The position numbers and the translations under genes were made by a program. This document shows, piece after piece, positions 1 to 10,036 of a stretch of DNA of 64,000 nucleotides. How positions within the stretch are numbered: position 1 is the first letter of the stretch; each line of letters starts with the position of its first letter. Below the pieces are notes generated by a model. The model was not told the origin of the DNA, did not search any database, and worked only from the letters and a program-made list of their open reading frames with translations. Location: IMG/VR virus record IMGVR_UViG_3300046332_000238, positions 32,001-96,000 of that record. One strand, 5' to 3'. The DNA comes from a virus.

Positions 1-5
1 GTGTT

Positions 6-33
6 ATTTTACAGGAGACCAGGTTATTGGCAA
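6..33 (-). promoter_or_regulatory. early promoter (TTGCCA-16-TAAAAT), reading leftward out of the window
   Basis: Reverse complement matches the repeated early promoter consensus. Confidence 0.75.
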
Positions 34-37
34 CAGC

Positions 38-238
38 TTATTTGCCAGTCATAAAATCAACCTGGTCTTGCATTTCCTGCAACACCTTTGGATTTTGCGC
101 CATCAACCGCTGCAGCAGACCCATAGCGTAACCAAAACCGAAGGCGGCCTGTCCTTCATCGGACATATCATTCACGCGGTTACGGATGGCTGCTTCTAAC
201 TGAATTGATACTGCTCTTGCTTTTTCTACGTTTTTCAT
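38..238 (-). CDS. hypothetical early protein
   Basis: 66-aa ORF with AAGG RBS, downstream of the minus-strand promoter at 273-300. Confidence 0.7.
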   Translation of the reverse strand: MKNVEKARAVSIQLEAAIRNRVNDMSDEGQAAFGFGYAMGLLQRLMAQNPKVLQEMQDQVDFMTGK

Positions 239-272
239 TTTTTACCTTTCGCTTTATCTAATCAATACAGCC

Positions 273-402
273 ATTCTACAGGAGACCATCCTATTGGCAA
301 TGGTTTGTGGCAAACTTTTTTGTGTTGTTTTTTGGCAACATCCTGGGTTCCAGGAGATTTTCGCGCCCAGGAGCTTGCCAATATCCTGGACACCTGTAGA
401 AT
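273..402. promoter_or_regulatory. divergent early promoter pair flanking a TGTTG-N8-CAACA palindrome
   Basis: Minus TTGCCA(300-295)-16-TAGAAT; palindrome at 323-340; plus TTGCCA(375)-16-TAGAAT. Confidence 0.8.
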
Positions 403-434
403 CCTTATCATACAATCAAATAAGAAAGCAAATT

Positions 435-581
435 ATGAAAACAGCAATTATTGTCCTGGTCTCCCTTATCACTGGTGCCTATTTTAACCAATTGGTTTTG
501 AATGCCACCGCGTTTACCTGTAAAGCAGGCGTGGACTGTATCGTAGGGATGGCTAGAATGATTTTGCAAATATTTGCCTAA
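435..581 (+). CDS. small hydrophobic hypothetical protein
   Basis: MKTAIIVLVSL..., downstream of the promoter at 375. Confidence 0.55.
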   Translation: MKTAIIVLVSLITGAYFNQLVLNATAFTCKAGVDCIVGMARMILQIFA

Positions 582-1196
582 TCTGGTTGCCAATAGTGGC
601 ACCACCTGTAAAATGGTTGTATTGAATAAAGAAAAGGAAATAAAATGATAGAATTATTGGTCGTGATAGCATTATCGGTCGTTATTCTAATAGTAAAAGC
701 ATCCTTTCTGGATTATCTTGATAGTATAAGGAAGTAATATGGAAAAGGCATTGGTATTAATGGTGGGTATTCTGGCAGTGGTGGCATTAATGGTTGATAT
801 TATTATAATGGTCAAATTATGAAACTGGTTGTTTATAGTGGTCTAGTATGCCTGCTTAATCTGGCGCTGTTATTATACGTTGGAATGCAGCATTAATGAT
901 TCCTGGATGGAGAGCAAAGCGATCAAAACCGTCACGGAGTGCTTGCCAATTGCAGCGGTGCCTGTAAAATGGTTGTATTGATTCGAAAGGCAAGACCTGG
1001 GGTGGACGTAGGGAGCGACCATATGGGAGACTCCGACTATCGCCCGCAGTAAATTGATAGTCACAATGTGCTTGCCAAGTATTCCTGGACGGAGAGCAAA
1101 CCGTATAAACTCAGCGAAAAACAATGGTTACCGGCGCTTGCCAATATCCTGTAGACCTGTAAAATGGTTGTATTGAATCGATAAACAGGAGACACC

Positions 1197-1364
1197 ATGA
1201 GCATTGACAATATGAAAACCTTCTCAAAAGAGCAAGTGGCTCAGTCCATGATTGAATTTTTGACAACCACTGCCTATACTGTAACCACCACCCGCACTGT
1301 AAAACGTAGAAAACCTGCAAAAAATAGTGCGGTTGTTGCGTATAAACAACAGCAGACTGCTTGA
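1197..1364 (+). CDS. hypothetical early protein (55 aa)
   Basis: AGGAG RBS after the promoter at 1138; MSIDNMKTFSKEQ... Confidence 0.55.
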   Translation: MSIDNMKTFSKEQVAQSMIEFLTTTAYTVTTTRTVKRRKPAKNSAVVAYKQQQTA

Positions 1365-1425
1365 CAATAGTATCAGACACTGTATAATCTTATCATACAC
1401 TGAAAAAACGAAAGAGAAAAACATT

Positions 1426-1587
1426 ATGAAAAAAACAATAACACTAGAATTTACACAATCTCAATTAGATATTATCTATGATGCTTTGTCAGAATATGAT
1501 AATATGATTGATGATGGCGAAGAAAAAGACATTATTGATGAAATAAACGATATAATGTCGATTCAATTTTTAAAATCATTATATTAA
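1426..1587 (+). CDS. small acidic hypothetical protein
   Basis: After the promoter at 1361; D/E-rich. Confidence 0.65.
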   Translation: MKKTITLEFTQSQLDIIYDALSEYDNMIDDGEEKDIIDEINDIMSIQFLKSLY

Positions 1588-1712
1588 TAACAGTTTAAAC
1601 TGATAATACTCAGTGTATTATTAAAATCATTATAATGCTCACAGTTTATACTGGAATATAATGTTTTTAATAATAAATTAATAATCGCAACACATTATAA
1701 GGAAATAATACT

Positions 1713-1925
1713 ATGATTAAAGATAAAATCTCGATGGATGATGCTGAGAATATGTTCCGTGATTGTTTGGATTCGGATGCTGACTCACCAGTAATGGTTG
1801 CAGGTTGTTTATTCAATGCTTCTGAGATACTGGAAACATTGGATCCAATTGCATATAAAGAGTCCTTTATGTGTTATTTGAATTCTCTGGCTGATGATCT
1901 GGTCATTGAAGGTTATAACGATTAA
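1713..1925 (+). CDS. small acidic hypothetical protein
   Basis: AAGGA RBS; LDPIAY motif; D/E-rich. Confidence 0.75.
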   Translation: MIKDKISMDDAENMFRDCLDSDADSPVMVAGCLFNASEILETLDPIAYKESFMCYLNSLADDLVIEGYND

Positions 1926-1932
1926 TAATAGT

Positions 1933-2000
1933 CAGGTAAACTTTCAGGTAACATTTTAGGTAAACTTTCAGGTAACATTTTAGGTAAACTTTCAAGTAAA
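1933..2000 (+). repeat. tandem 12-bp repeats (alternating AGGTAAACTTTC and AGGTAACATTTT)
   Basis: About 5.5 units directly visible in an intergenic region. Confidence 0.9.
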
Positions 2001-2011
2001 GGTATTATATT

Positions 2012-2197
2012 ATGAGTAAAATGGCAGAGATAGCAATGCGGCTGGATGATCTTGAGGTACTATTATATGATAAAGGTCTAGGTGACGCTGAGGTGCAAGC
2101 AGAGGCCAGTTTATTGTGTGAGATTGGTTTCACTGATGAAGTCCGAGCGTTATTCTATGAGTTTGAGAATATGCTTTATGAGGGCTCAGAGTATTAA
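2012..2197 (+). CDS. small acidic hypothetical protein
   Basis: AAGG RBS; D/E-rich, 61 aa. Confidence 0.7.
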   Translation: MSKMAEIAMRLDDLEVLLYDKGLGDAEVQAEASLLCEIGFTDEVRALFYEFENMLYEGSEY

Positions 2198-2315
2198 TTT
2201 CGTGGCGTCCTGGTTAATCCTGTGCGGTTTCGGCAAGGTTACCGGATCGCACACAGAAACTAAGACCTCATGGGTAACGATATACCGCGACACCTCCGCG
2301 CAATATTTCGCGTGC

Positions 2316-2356
2316 TGTGGATAACTCTGTGGACAACTGTTATTCTCTGTGGATAA
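2316..2356. promoter_or_regulatory. cluster of three DnaA-box-like 9-mers
   Basis: TGTGGATAA at 2316 and 2348 (reverse complement TTATCCACA) and TGTGGACAA at 2328. Confidence 0.6.
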
Positions 2357-2566
2357 CTTAGTAGTCAGGTAAGCATTTAGGTAACTTTTTTTTATTAATC
2401 AATAGGTTAACTATAAGGGATATGATTATTACCCTTCTAATTACTCTATTATATTACTATGTTGTATCTACGCAACACTGGATTATTGCCATTTGCCTTG
2501 GTATCTGTATAATGGTGTCTAACGGTTAGTGATTTGAATGAATTACTCTTTTTAAAGGATATTATT

Positions 2567-2773
2567 ATGTTTAATCGTACACTGGTTATTAATGAATTGA
2601 TTGATAATGATTTTGATACTATTATGAATTCTGATTATGGTCCTGAACTATTGAGAGAATATCTGGCATCTGGTTTTATTGGTTATAATAATATGACAGA
2701 TGAGCAATTGGTTGCGGAGATGAATGAGCGGGATATTTCTTATCTCTATTCTGAATTGACGACGGAGGAATGA
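2567..2773 (+). CDS. small acidic hypothetical protein
   Basis: AAGGA RBS after the promoter at 2486. Confidence 0.7.
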   Translation: MFNRTLVINELIDNDFDTIMNSDYGPELLREYLASGFIGYNNMTDEQLVAEMNERDISYLYSELTTEE

Positions 2774-3114
2774 TTATGTCATTTAATACAGTAGGTGGAC
2801 GTGGTGATGTATGTGTAATGCGTATGTATCGTGGTGTTCCTACGGCATTTCAGGTACTGAACTATAAAGAGTATTCAGGTTGTTTTTCTCTATTATATTG
2901 AGGTAATGATTATGTAGGTTGTATCTGAACGGATTTATTATAAAGTATCCTATAACAGTCCTGCTGATGGTATGAAAGTGGTGTCCTTTGATAATACCCT
3001 TCATGCTTATGAGTATTATAGTGAAAAGAAACAATCGGACTATAAAATGGTTACATTACATCGGGTTATAGAATCGGTGCATATGGAAGAACTAATGAGT
3101 TAATGGAGTGGATA

Positions 3115-3318
3115 ATGAACGAACGAATTAAAGAACTTGCTAAACGGGCAGGTGGACAAGGACTTGTGGTCAAAGATTTTATTGATACTGAAAAGTTCGC
3201 CATGTTGATTATACAGGAATGTGCTGACATTGCCAAGCACCATGTGATGAATATATCAACTTATGGTGATGCTGAATTTGTTGATGAACAGATTAAAGAT
3301 CATTTTGGAGTCAAATAA
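3115..3318 (+). CDS. MNERIKEL-family hypothetical protein
   Basis: Shares EKFAMLIIQECAD and IKDHFGVK with paralogues. Confidence 0.75.
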   Translation: MNERIKELAKRAGGQGLVVKDFIDTEKFAMLIIQECADIAKHHVMNISTYGDAEFVDEQIKDHFGVK

Positions 3319-3334
3319 TTAGTGAGGTATCATT

Positions 3335-3508
3335 ATGAACGAACGAATTAAAGAACTACAAGAAGAAATAAACCAAATAGAAAAACAATTAGAAAAAGAA
3401 AAACTATTAGAAGAAATTTGGTTGGAATTGGGTCCTTATACTCCGCATCTAAGCAATGAATTGCGGCATAGGTTACAGGACTATTTTAATTTTGATGATT
3501 CGGAGTGA
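3335..3508 (+). CDS. hypothetical protein with MNERIKEL N-terminus (57 aa)
   Basis: GAGG RBS; same 5' nucleotides as the ORF at 3115. Confidence 0.65.
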   Translation: MNERIKELQEEINQIEKQLEKEKLLEEIWLELGPYTPHLSNELRHRLQDYFNFDDSE

Positions 3509-3510
3509 TT

Positions 3511-3741
3511 ATGAATGAATTGATTAAAGAATTTTTTCTCAAGTCGGGTGGACGTTTTTCATTTGATGAGAATGGTAGCCCATATCAATTTGAACAAGAT
3601 GAACTAGAAAAGTTTGCCATGTTGATTATACAGGAATGTGCCGACTTTATTGATTCTAAACTTGAAATGACCAAGTATAGTGGTGAAGTTGTTTCATGGG
3701 CTGATGGCGAGGATATTAAAGATCATTTTGGAGTGAAATAA
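3511..3741 (+). CDS. MNERIKEL-family hypothetical protein
   Basis: Paralogue of 3115..3318. Confidence 0.75.
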   Translation: MNELIKEFFLKSGGRFSFDENGSPYQFEQDELEKFAMLIIQECADFIDSKLEMTKYSGEVVSWADGEDIKDHFGVK

Positions 3742-4050
3742 TTATGTTTACAATTAATCTGGTGTGTTTTGGACTGGCATCGGCAGTATTAGTAGAACAA
3801 ATGATGGAAGGTGCAAACTTTAGGACTATATTATTCACCTTTACAGTGGTGGTATTAAACCTTGCCGCAGTGGTTACTAACCTATGAATTTTTATTATAA
3901 GATAGTAAAAGACTGGGACATTAATGCCTTTGAGAATAAGGTTATAAAGTTAATGGTTGACGGTTGGACGTGTCAAGGAGGCGTATCCATGACGATTAGT
4001 ACCAATGGTGAGCGCAACTATGCACAAGCAATGACATATAAGGGATTATA

Positions 4051-4329
4051 ATGCGGTACAAATACACAGCACCAAAACCAAAACGGCATCAATTACATGG
4101 ATTATCTCCTAGTGAATTCAAGAGCATATTAAAACGGCGTGGTTATACATTTAAACGTGATTTTATGAAATATGGTTGCGTGGCAAAGTATAAGAACAGA
4201 TTATATCGTTTCCGTTGGTATTCTGATGGAGAGTTTTTTGTTGATAAGTCCTGTATTATGTCCGAGTTTGACCGATGGGCAAATTCAGTGGATGAAGTGA
4301 AAACATTTTATAACTGGTTGGAATCGTAA
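4051..4329 (+). CDS. basic hypothetical protein
   Basis: 92-aa ORF with RBS. Confidence 0.65.
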   Translation: MRYKYTAPKPKRHQLHGLSPSEFKSILKRRGYTFKRDFMKYGCVAKYKNRLYRFRWYSDGEFFVDKSCIMSEFDRWANSVDEVKTFYNWLES

Positions 4330-4396
4330 AATTGATGCTTGCCAATAGGATTCTATACTGTACAATGGAGTCCTAAGTCGATGAAAGGACACCAAA

Positions 4397-4852
4397 ATGA
4401 AAAAAGGCGAAATGCTTGACAAAATGTTAATGATGGCAACTAATGCACACCATGGTCAATTTGATAAAGGCGGTGCACCATATATTCTCCATCCATTAAA
4501 AGTAATGCACTATTTAAAATCGGATGATGAAGAACTAATGTGTATTGCATTAGGCCATGATATAATCGAAGATACAGCAACCACATGGGCAGATTTGCGT
4601 GCTGCTGGTATGACCGAACGTGTTATTACTGGTATTGCTGCATTAACTAAAATGCCTGGTCAAACCTATGATGAATATAAAGAACGTGTATTTGCCAGTG
4701 CCGATGCAATGCGAGTTAAAATGGCAGATTTACGTCATAATACTGATATTCGCCGTTTAAAAGGTGTTACCAGTAAGGATGCAGCACGGATTGCCAAATA
4801 CCATGTGTTTTATATGGACATTAAAGCTAAACTGAAAGAATTGGAGGAATAA
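4397..4852 (+). CDS. HD-domain protein, SpoT/Mesh1-like small alarmone hydrolase family
   Basis: H.GQ.DK.G.PYI.HP, HDIIED and VKMADLRHN motifs. Confidence 0.85.
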   Translation: MKKGEMLDKMLMMATNAHHGQFDKGGAPYILHPLKVMHYLKSDDEELMCIALGHDIIEDTATTWADLRAAGMTERVITGIAALTKMPGQTYDEYKERVFASADAMRVKMADLRHNTDIRRLKGVTSKDAARIAKYHVFYMDIKAKLKELEE

Positions 4853-5256
4853 TGAAAGTTGTTATTAATAAGTCTTATGGTGGTTTTGGTTTATCTCATG
4901 ATGCGGTTATGTTATATGCCAAGAATAAAGGCATAACATTATATTGTGACGATTCGGAGAGTTGGTTAACTTATTATCTGTGTCCGGTTGAGGAGTATAA
5001 GAAAATTGAGCGTGAAGAACAATTAAAACCAGTTGGACCTAATCGGTATGAGAAAACAAATGCTATGAGTTTCTCTTATCGTGATATACCACGAAATGAT
5101 CCAGTATTGGTTGAAGTGGTTGAACAACTAGGAGTTAACGCCAATGGTAAGTATGCCAGTTTAAAGGTGGTTAATATTCCAGACAGTGTGGCATATGAAA
5201 TTAGCGAGTATGATGGCATGGAGCATATTGCTGAAGTCCACCGCACATGGGACTGA
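4852..5256 (+). CDS. conserved phage hypothetical protein
   Basis: KVVINKSYGGFGLS...EYDGMEHI; coupled to the upstream gene. Confidence 0.8.
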   Translation: MKVVINKSYGGFGLSHDAVMLYAKNKGITLYCDDSESWLTYYLCPVEEYKKIEREEQLKPVGPNRYEKTNAMSFSYRDIPRNDPVLVEVVEQLGVNANGKYASLKVVNIPDSVAYEISEYDGMEHIAEVHRTWD

Positions 5257-5365
5257 GTGTTGTAAAAATACAACAGCGAAGCGTGCAAATAGTTGCCACT
5301 AACCGTTGCCAATAGGAACCGACACTGTATAATGGTTGTATTGAATGAGAGAACAAGGAGACAAC

Positions 5366-5581
5366 ATGAGTGCAGTCGGTTTCGAGATTAAAGTACTGGA
5401 TATCGCGTCCAAGTATCTGGACGGTGGTGAACGCGCAGAATTCTATAATGGCACATTGGTTCTGGAGTGTATAGAATCCAATTCCCGTAAGATATTTTCC
5501 CAGTTAATGAGAGAATTTGATAATAAAGTTAATGTGTCTAAAGTAGAATTCGACACTTATTTGATTGATTTTATTGAATAA
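5366..5581 (+). CDS. hypothetical protein
   Basis: AAGGAG RBS after the promoter at 5306. Confidence 0.7.
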   Translation: MSAVGFEIKVLDIASKYLDGGERAEFYNGTLVLECIESNSRKIFSQLMREFDNKVNVSKVEFDTYLIDFIE

Positions 5582-5873
5582 GGCAGTATAATGAACAGTT
5601 TAAACCGAAAACGGCGAATTGCCACAGCATTATACAATGATATGATTATAATGCAATTGGAAATGATTGACCAAGCGGTAGAATGGTCTGATTTGCGAGA
5701 TGCAATTGAACTTATTAATTATATTAAAGGCCTAAAATGATATTGAATTCGGTGGTGCGTGAGGAAATGGTACAATCTATTCTGGCTAATGATATATTCG
5801 GTGCTCTTTGCATTGATTATATGGATATGATGTCTGACGGTGAAGTTGTTTCACTTTATACTGGAGAATAATA

Positions 5874-6182
5874 ATGGAAAATAAAATCAATGATTATTTG
5901 GATTATCTGAAGTCAGATTATAAAAAATGGGGTGATAATGTACATATTAGTTCGTCAATGTATATTGAATACTGTGATGGAGTATCGGTCAAATATGGCA
6001 GCAAATATGCCAAGGTGAGTAATAAGGGTTCGACCCATTCTTTTGTTGTATTAAAAGATAATGGCAAGTTTAAAAAAGGTGATATATTGAAGGCAGCAAG
6101 TTTCTCTGCTCCCGCAACCAATAAGTCGCGTGGTAATGTATTAACCGATGAATATGGTGTTATTTCGTGGGCAGGTGCATAA
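5874..6182 (+). CDS. conserved phage hypothetical protein
   Basis: GDILKAAS..APA...RGNV motif; GGAG RBS. Confidence 0.75.
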   Translation: MENKINDYLDYLKSDYKKWGDNVHISSSMYIEYCDGVSVKYGSKYAKVSNKGSTHSFVVLKDNGKFKKGDILKAASFSAPATNKSRGNVLTDEYGVISWAGA

Positions 6183-6183
6183 T

Positions 6184-6477
6184 ATGAAATTATATATTTG
6201 GACGCAAGACCAAGAGAATTATGGGGATGAAACCAACCCACACTGGAAAATGAAGGGTGGCACTGATTATTTTATTCCCAATTTTAAGGGTAATGATACA
6301 GAAGTCACTATAGCCATTATGGGTGTTCGTAATCAAATTGAGGAAGATAATCCATTTTTCAGAAGCAATATTATGGGATGGAAAATCGTCAAAGATGATT
6401 ATTTGACCGAACTTGAAAAGTACCAATTGGAATATGAGGGCGGTATTACATTTAAAACAAGAGAAATTATCTGGTAA
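6184..6477 (+). CDS. conserved phage hypothetical protein
   Basis: TQ..ENYG....PHWK.KGG motif. Confidence 0.7.
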   Translation: MKLYIWTQDQENYGDETNPHWKMKGGTDYFIPNFKGNDTEVTIAIMGVRNQIEEDNPFFRSNIMGWKIVKDDYLTELEKYQLEYEGGITFKTREIIW

Positions 6478-6563
6478 TTAATGTGTTGTTTTTTGGCAAC
6501 AACATGGTTGACAATAGGAACCTGTTCTGTATAATGGTCTGTATTGATTGATTAGGAGACAAT

Positions 6564-6776
6564 ATGAAAATTCGAGTGATTGTGAACGGTATTTCTTTTT
6601 ATACAACTAAAAAGGCATTGAAGTCTGGAATGGTCGGAGATGACACCAACGTGAATTGTGCGGTCGGTATCGCATACAATGATATGGTGGCGGGTGGATA
6701 CGCTGGAATAGCGACCACAACCCGCCATTATGATTCCAAGATGAAGCAGCACGTTTATCAGGTTCAGATATCATAA
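6564..6776 (+). CDS. hypothetical protein
   Basis: AGGAG RBS after the promoter at 6508. Confidence 0.7.
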   Translation: MKIRVIVNGISFYTTKKALKSGMVGDDTNVNCAVGIAYNDMVAGGYAGIATTTRHYDSKMKQHVYQVQIS

Positions 6777-6874
6777 TTGCAATGTGTTGTTTTTGTGCAA
6801 CATCGAAAAAGATTGTTGCCATTAGGAACCCAGACTGTATAATGGTTGTATTGAATCGATAAAGAAAGCAAATT

Positions 6875-7063
6875 ATGAAATTAACCAATGCCAAGCGTGA
6901 CGAATTGCAAGAATTGTATGCTACCCGTGTTATTGATGATATGTCAATTGAGGAGATATTAAAATTTGCATATGAGACCGTTTTAAGTAACATGGATAAT
7001 CTGCCGCAGGATGAGTTTATCGAAAAAGTAAAGTTGTTTCACCCTGACCTATTGGAGGAATAA
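6875..7063 (+). CDS. small acidic hypothetical protein
   Basis: After the promoter at 6816. Confidence 0.7.
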   Translation: MKLTNAKRDELQELYATRVIDDMSIEEILKFAYETVLSNMDNLPQDEFIEKVKLFHPDLLEE

Positions 7064-7424
7064 TGTATCGTTGCATATGTGATAATGGTGATAAGTCTAT
7101 TCTATTGGATTGCATTGATGATGCCATTGAATGGGGTTATGAATCAAATATGGATTTTATTATCGTGGATGCAAAAGGCGATGAAGTCTGTATTTCAAAT
7201 GATTATGCAGTATAACATAAAGGAATAAAAAATGCAAGTACAAATTACAATTAATGTAAAAGGCAATAAACTGGACGTGGAACAGATTGTTTATGAATTG
7301 TCTGAATATGTAATCGAAAAAGATTATGAAGCGTTTGAAGAAACTAATGCTGTGGATTATATTGATATTGAAGTGATCCGCACCAAACCTTACAACCAAT
7401 CTGTTTAATAATAAAGGACATAAT

Positions 7425-7610
7425 ATGCGTGGAGATTTTGCTTGGGCTTACATGATTGCTATTCTGCAAGGCAACAAATATGAACCTATTACCGCCCTCC
7501 GTATCGCGGATGAGTTGGTTTCGGGCATCGGTACGGTTACTGGTCGCCGTCAATACCTTAAACTGTCCGAACGCCTTAGCAAGACCAATGAGGCAGCAGA
7601 ATTCGCATAA
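7425..7610 (+). CDS. hypothetical protein
   Basis: AAGGA RBS. Confidence 0.6.
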   Translation: MRGDFAWAYMIAILQGNKYEPITALRIADELVSGIGTVTGRRQYLKLSERLSKTNEAAEFA

Positions 7611-7710
7611 TTAACCAGCGATAGTGCTTGCCAACTACACCAGGACCTGTACAATGGTCGGTGTAGTGTTTTGATGATGATTATATTATAAATTGATTAG
7701 GAGCTATATT

Positions 7711-8214
7711 ATGGAATTCAATACTGATAAACCTGAAGTAACCTCAATGTACCTGGTTAATCGTGGCAAACAAGGCAACTATTATCGCCACTATAATGCC
7801 GAAACTGACACATGGTCGCTGACTGGTGCATCCTTTCAAGAAGCCGTGGATAATATCGGTGTGCCCTCACCAATTGGTTTCTTCCCATGGGCAGGTCCTC
7901 TCACTGGTCCACTATTCAAAGAAAATGTGGAAATTGTTAATGAGACTGAAGTAAAAGAAAAATCTAAAAAGGTCAAAGTGGCCAAGGTTAAAACGGCTAA
8001 AGTAAAGGTGGCATTGTCCACTGGTACTAAAGTTAAAGCAACTAAAACCCCTAAAACTAAACTTGCTGATGGCACTATTTTCTTCCGTGAAGATCGCCAG
8101 AAGTTCGTGGTTATTGTTGATGGTAAGCAACCATGTGCCCGTCCTACTGCTGAGGGTTGCATTAAATGGCTTGCAAAGGCATTCCCTTCAATTGCACCTA
8201 TCGTTACGGAGTAA
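7711..8214 (+). CDS. hypothetical protein with Lys-rich linker, possibly DNA-binding
   Basis: AGGAG RBS; KVK/KTPK-rich centre. Confidence 0.7.
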   Translation: MEFNTDKPEVTSMYLVNRGKQGNYYRHYNAETDTWSLTGASFQEAVDNIGVPSPIGFFPWAGPLTGPLFKENVEIVNETEVKEKSKKVKVAKVKTAKVKVALSTGTKVKATKTPKTKLADGTIFFREDRQKFVVIVDGKQPCARPTAEGCIKWLAKAFPSIAPIVTE

Positions 8215-8220
8215 TTTATA

Positions 8221-8793
8221 ATGAATTATATTGACGATGCAGGCACATTTATTATGGGTATGATTGTTGCGCTTTTTTTTGTATTAATCTTTACAATCAT
8301 TTTTCCCCGTGAACAGATTAAACTGTATGATAATGCCATTGTTGAATGTGAAAAGACATTACCACGGAATCAGCATTGCGTAGTCATTGCTGTACCTGTT
8401 GATAAAAACTAATAAGGATTATATAATGCGTAAACAAATTAAATTATCTCTGTTACCTTATCTGTTACTGCTTACAGTAGTATTCGGTGCCATTATAGGA
8501 TGGGTATTGAATATCGTTGCCATTTTTCATGCTGATTTTAGTCATATTACTGGTGCATTAGCATTGCGTATTATTGGTGTATTCGTTGCACCGCTTGGTG
8601 CTGTTATGGGTTGGTTGTAATGCCAATATATGCTTTGATTATATGGACCGTGATTTCTGCTTCACCTAATGGTGCATTTTATGATTGGCGACCTATTGCA
8701 TCATTTAAAGGTGAATCTTTATGTAAAGAAGGTGCTAGTAAACTGGGTATTAATGTTAGTCGTTATCGCTGTATTAGATTGGAAACTCAATGA
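8221..8793 (+). other. three small membrane or secreted ORFs (8221-8412, 8426-8620, about 8620-8793)
   Basis: Hydrophobic N-termini; tightly packed. Confidence 0.6.
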
Positions 8794-9032
8794 AAACAAA
8801 TGATATTAAAAAAGGTATGCGTATTCAAATGGCAAACGGTTGGAAAGGCACCATGATGGATAATGGTCGTGGTAATACCCGTATGGCAGAGATTGAAGGG
8901 TTTGAAACGGAGATTGGTTCCGTATATGCTCATGACATTATGTGGGTTGTGGTAGATAATAAGGCAGTAAAGGTCGAGCATACTGATAAACAGTTGCAAT
9001 TAAAAGAACAAATTAATACCATGTTTGCATAA
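8790..9032 (+). CDS. hypothetical protein
   Basis: 80 aa; overlaps the upstream stop codon. Confidence 0.7.
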   Translation: MKTNDIKKGMRIQMANGWKGTMMDNGRGNTRMAEIEGFETEIGSVYAHDIMWVVVDNKAVKVEHTDKQLQLKEQINTMFA

Positions 9033-9155
9033 AATTAAGAATAAAAAGATAAGAAATAAGAATAATAATCTGTTGTTTTTTGGCAACACCACGGTTGACA
9101 ATAGGAATCCAGACTGTATAATGGTTGTATTGAATCGATAAACAAGGAGAAATAT

Positions 9156-9995
9156 ATGCCCCGTGGCGTCCCTAAAGCAGGTTTCCGTATGACCAAGAAC
9201 CAAAAGAATGGTCCTGTTACTGTTATTAAGAACAAAGAACCAGTGCCTATGGTTGAGTCCCGATTCTCTATTAATGAGCGTTTCGGGTTCGTATCTGATA
9301 TGGTTCAGATGCTCGCAAAAGGCGACCAAGCGTCTGTGGTCGTTACAGGACCTGGTGGTCTGGGTAAGTCCCATACTGTCACCAAGGCATTAATTGCTTC
9401 TGGTCTGACCGATGTTTCATTGGTCGAGGATATGGAAGTTGGTGATGCTGTTAATACCAAGAAAACCTTCCGTTCTATTAAGGGTTATTCTACTCCAAAA
9501 GGTCTGTACAGGACTTTATATGAGAACCGCAATTCAGTTATTGTGTTTGATGATTGCGATTCTGTATTAAAGGATGCGGTATCTCTTAATCTGTTAAAAG
9601 GTGCTCTTGATTCTTATTCACGCCGTATTATCTCATGGCGTGCAGATTTTAAAGATGATGAATTGCCACAGTCATTTGAATTTAAAGGTCGAGTTGTTTT
9701 TATCTCGAATATGTCCTCTAATCAATTAGATCAAGCAATTCTGACCCGTTCAATGGCTGTTGACCTGTCAATGACCACTAAACAGAAAATCGAGCGTATG
9801 TGGTTTCTGTTAGACCAGAAAGAATTTATGCCTGAATTTACTGAAGCACAGAAGGTAGATGCTATGGTCTTGATTGAGAACCTGCAAGATGAAGTTAAGG
9901 AATTGTCCTTGAGAACATTAATTCAGGTAACAAAGATTCGCAAGAGTGCAGGTAAAAACTGGAAGAATCTTGCTGAATACACGATTGTTGGTTAA
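9156..9995 (+). CDS. P-loop AAA-type ATPase
   Basis: Walker A GPGGLGKS, Walker B VIVFDD, sensor FISN. Confidence 0.85.
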   Translation: MPRGVPKAGFRMTKNQKNGPVTVIKNKEPVPMVESRFSINERFGFVSDMVQMLAKGDQASVVVTGPGGLGKSHTVTKALIASGLTDVSLVEDMEVGDAVNTKKTFRSIKGYSTPKGLYRTLYENRNSVIVFDDCDSVLKDAVSLNLLKGALDSYSRRIISWRADFKDDELPQSFEFKGRVVFISNMSSNQLDQAILTRSMAVDLSMTTKQKIERMWFLLDQKEFMPEFTEAQKVDAMVLIENLQDEVKELSLRTLIQVTKIRKSAGKNWKNLAEYTIVG

Positions 9996-10036
9996 TCAGG
10001 TAAACATTAATTTTAAACTTTAAGGTAAAATATATT

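Noticed and set aside
1933-2000. CRISPR array
   Set aside because: Contiguous 12-bp units with no unique spacers. The repeated promoters are also irregularly spaced and separated by genes.
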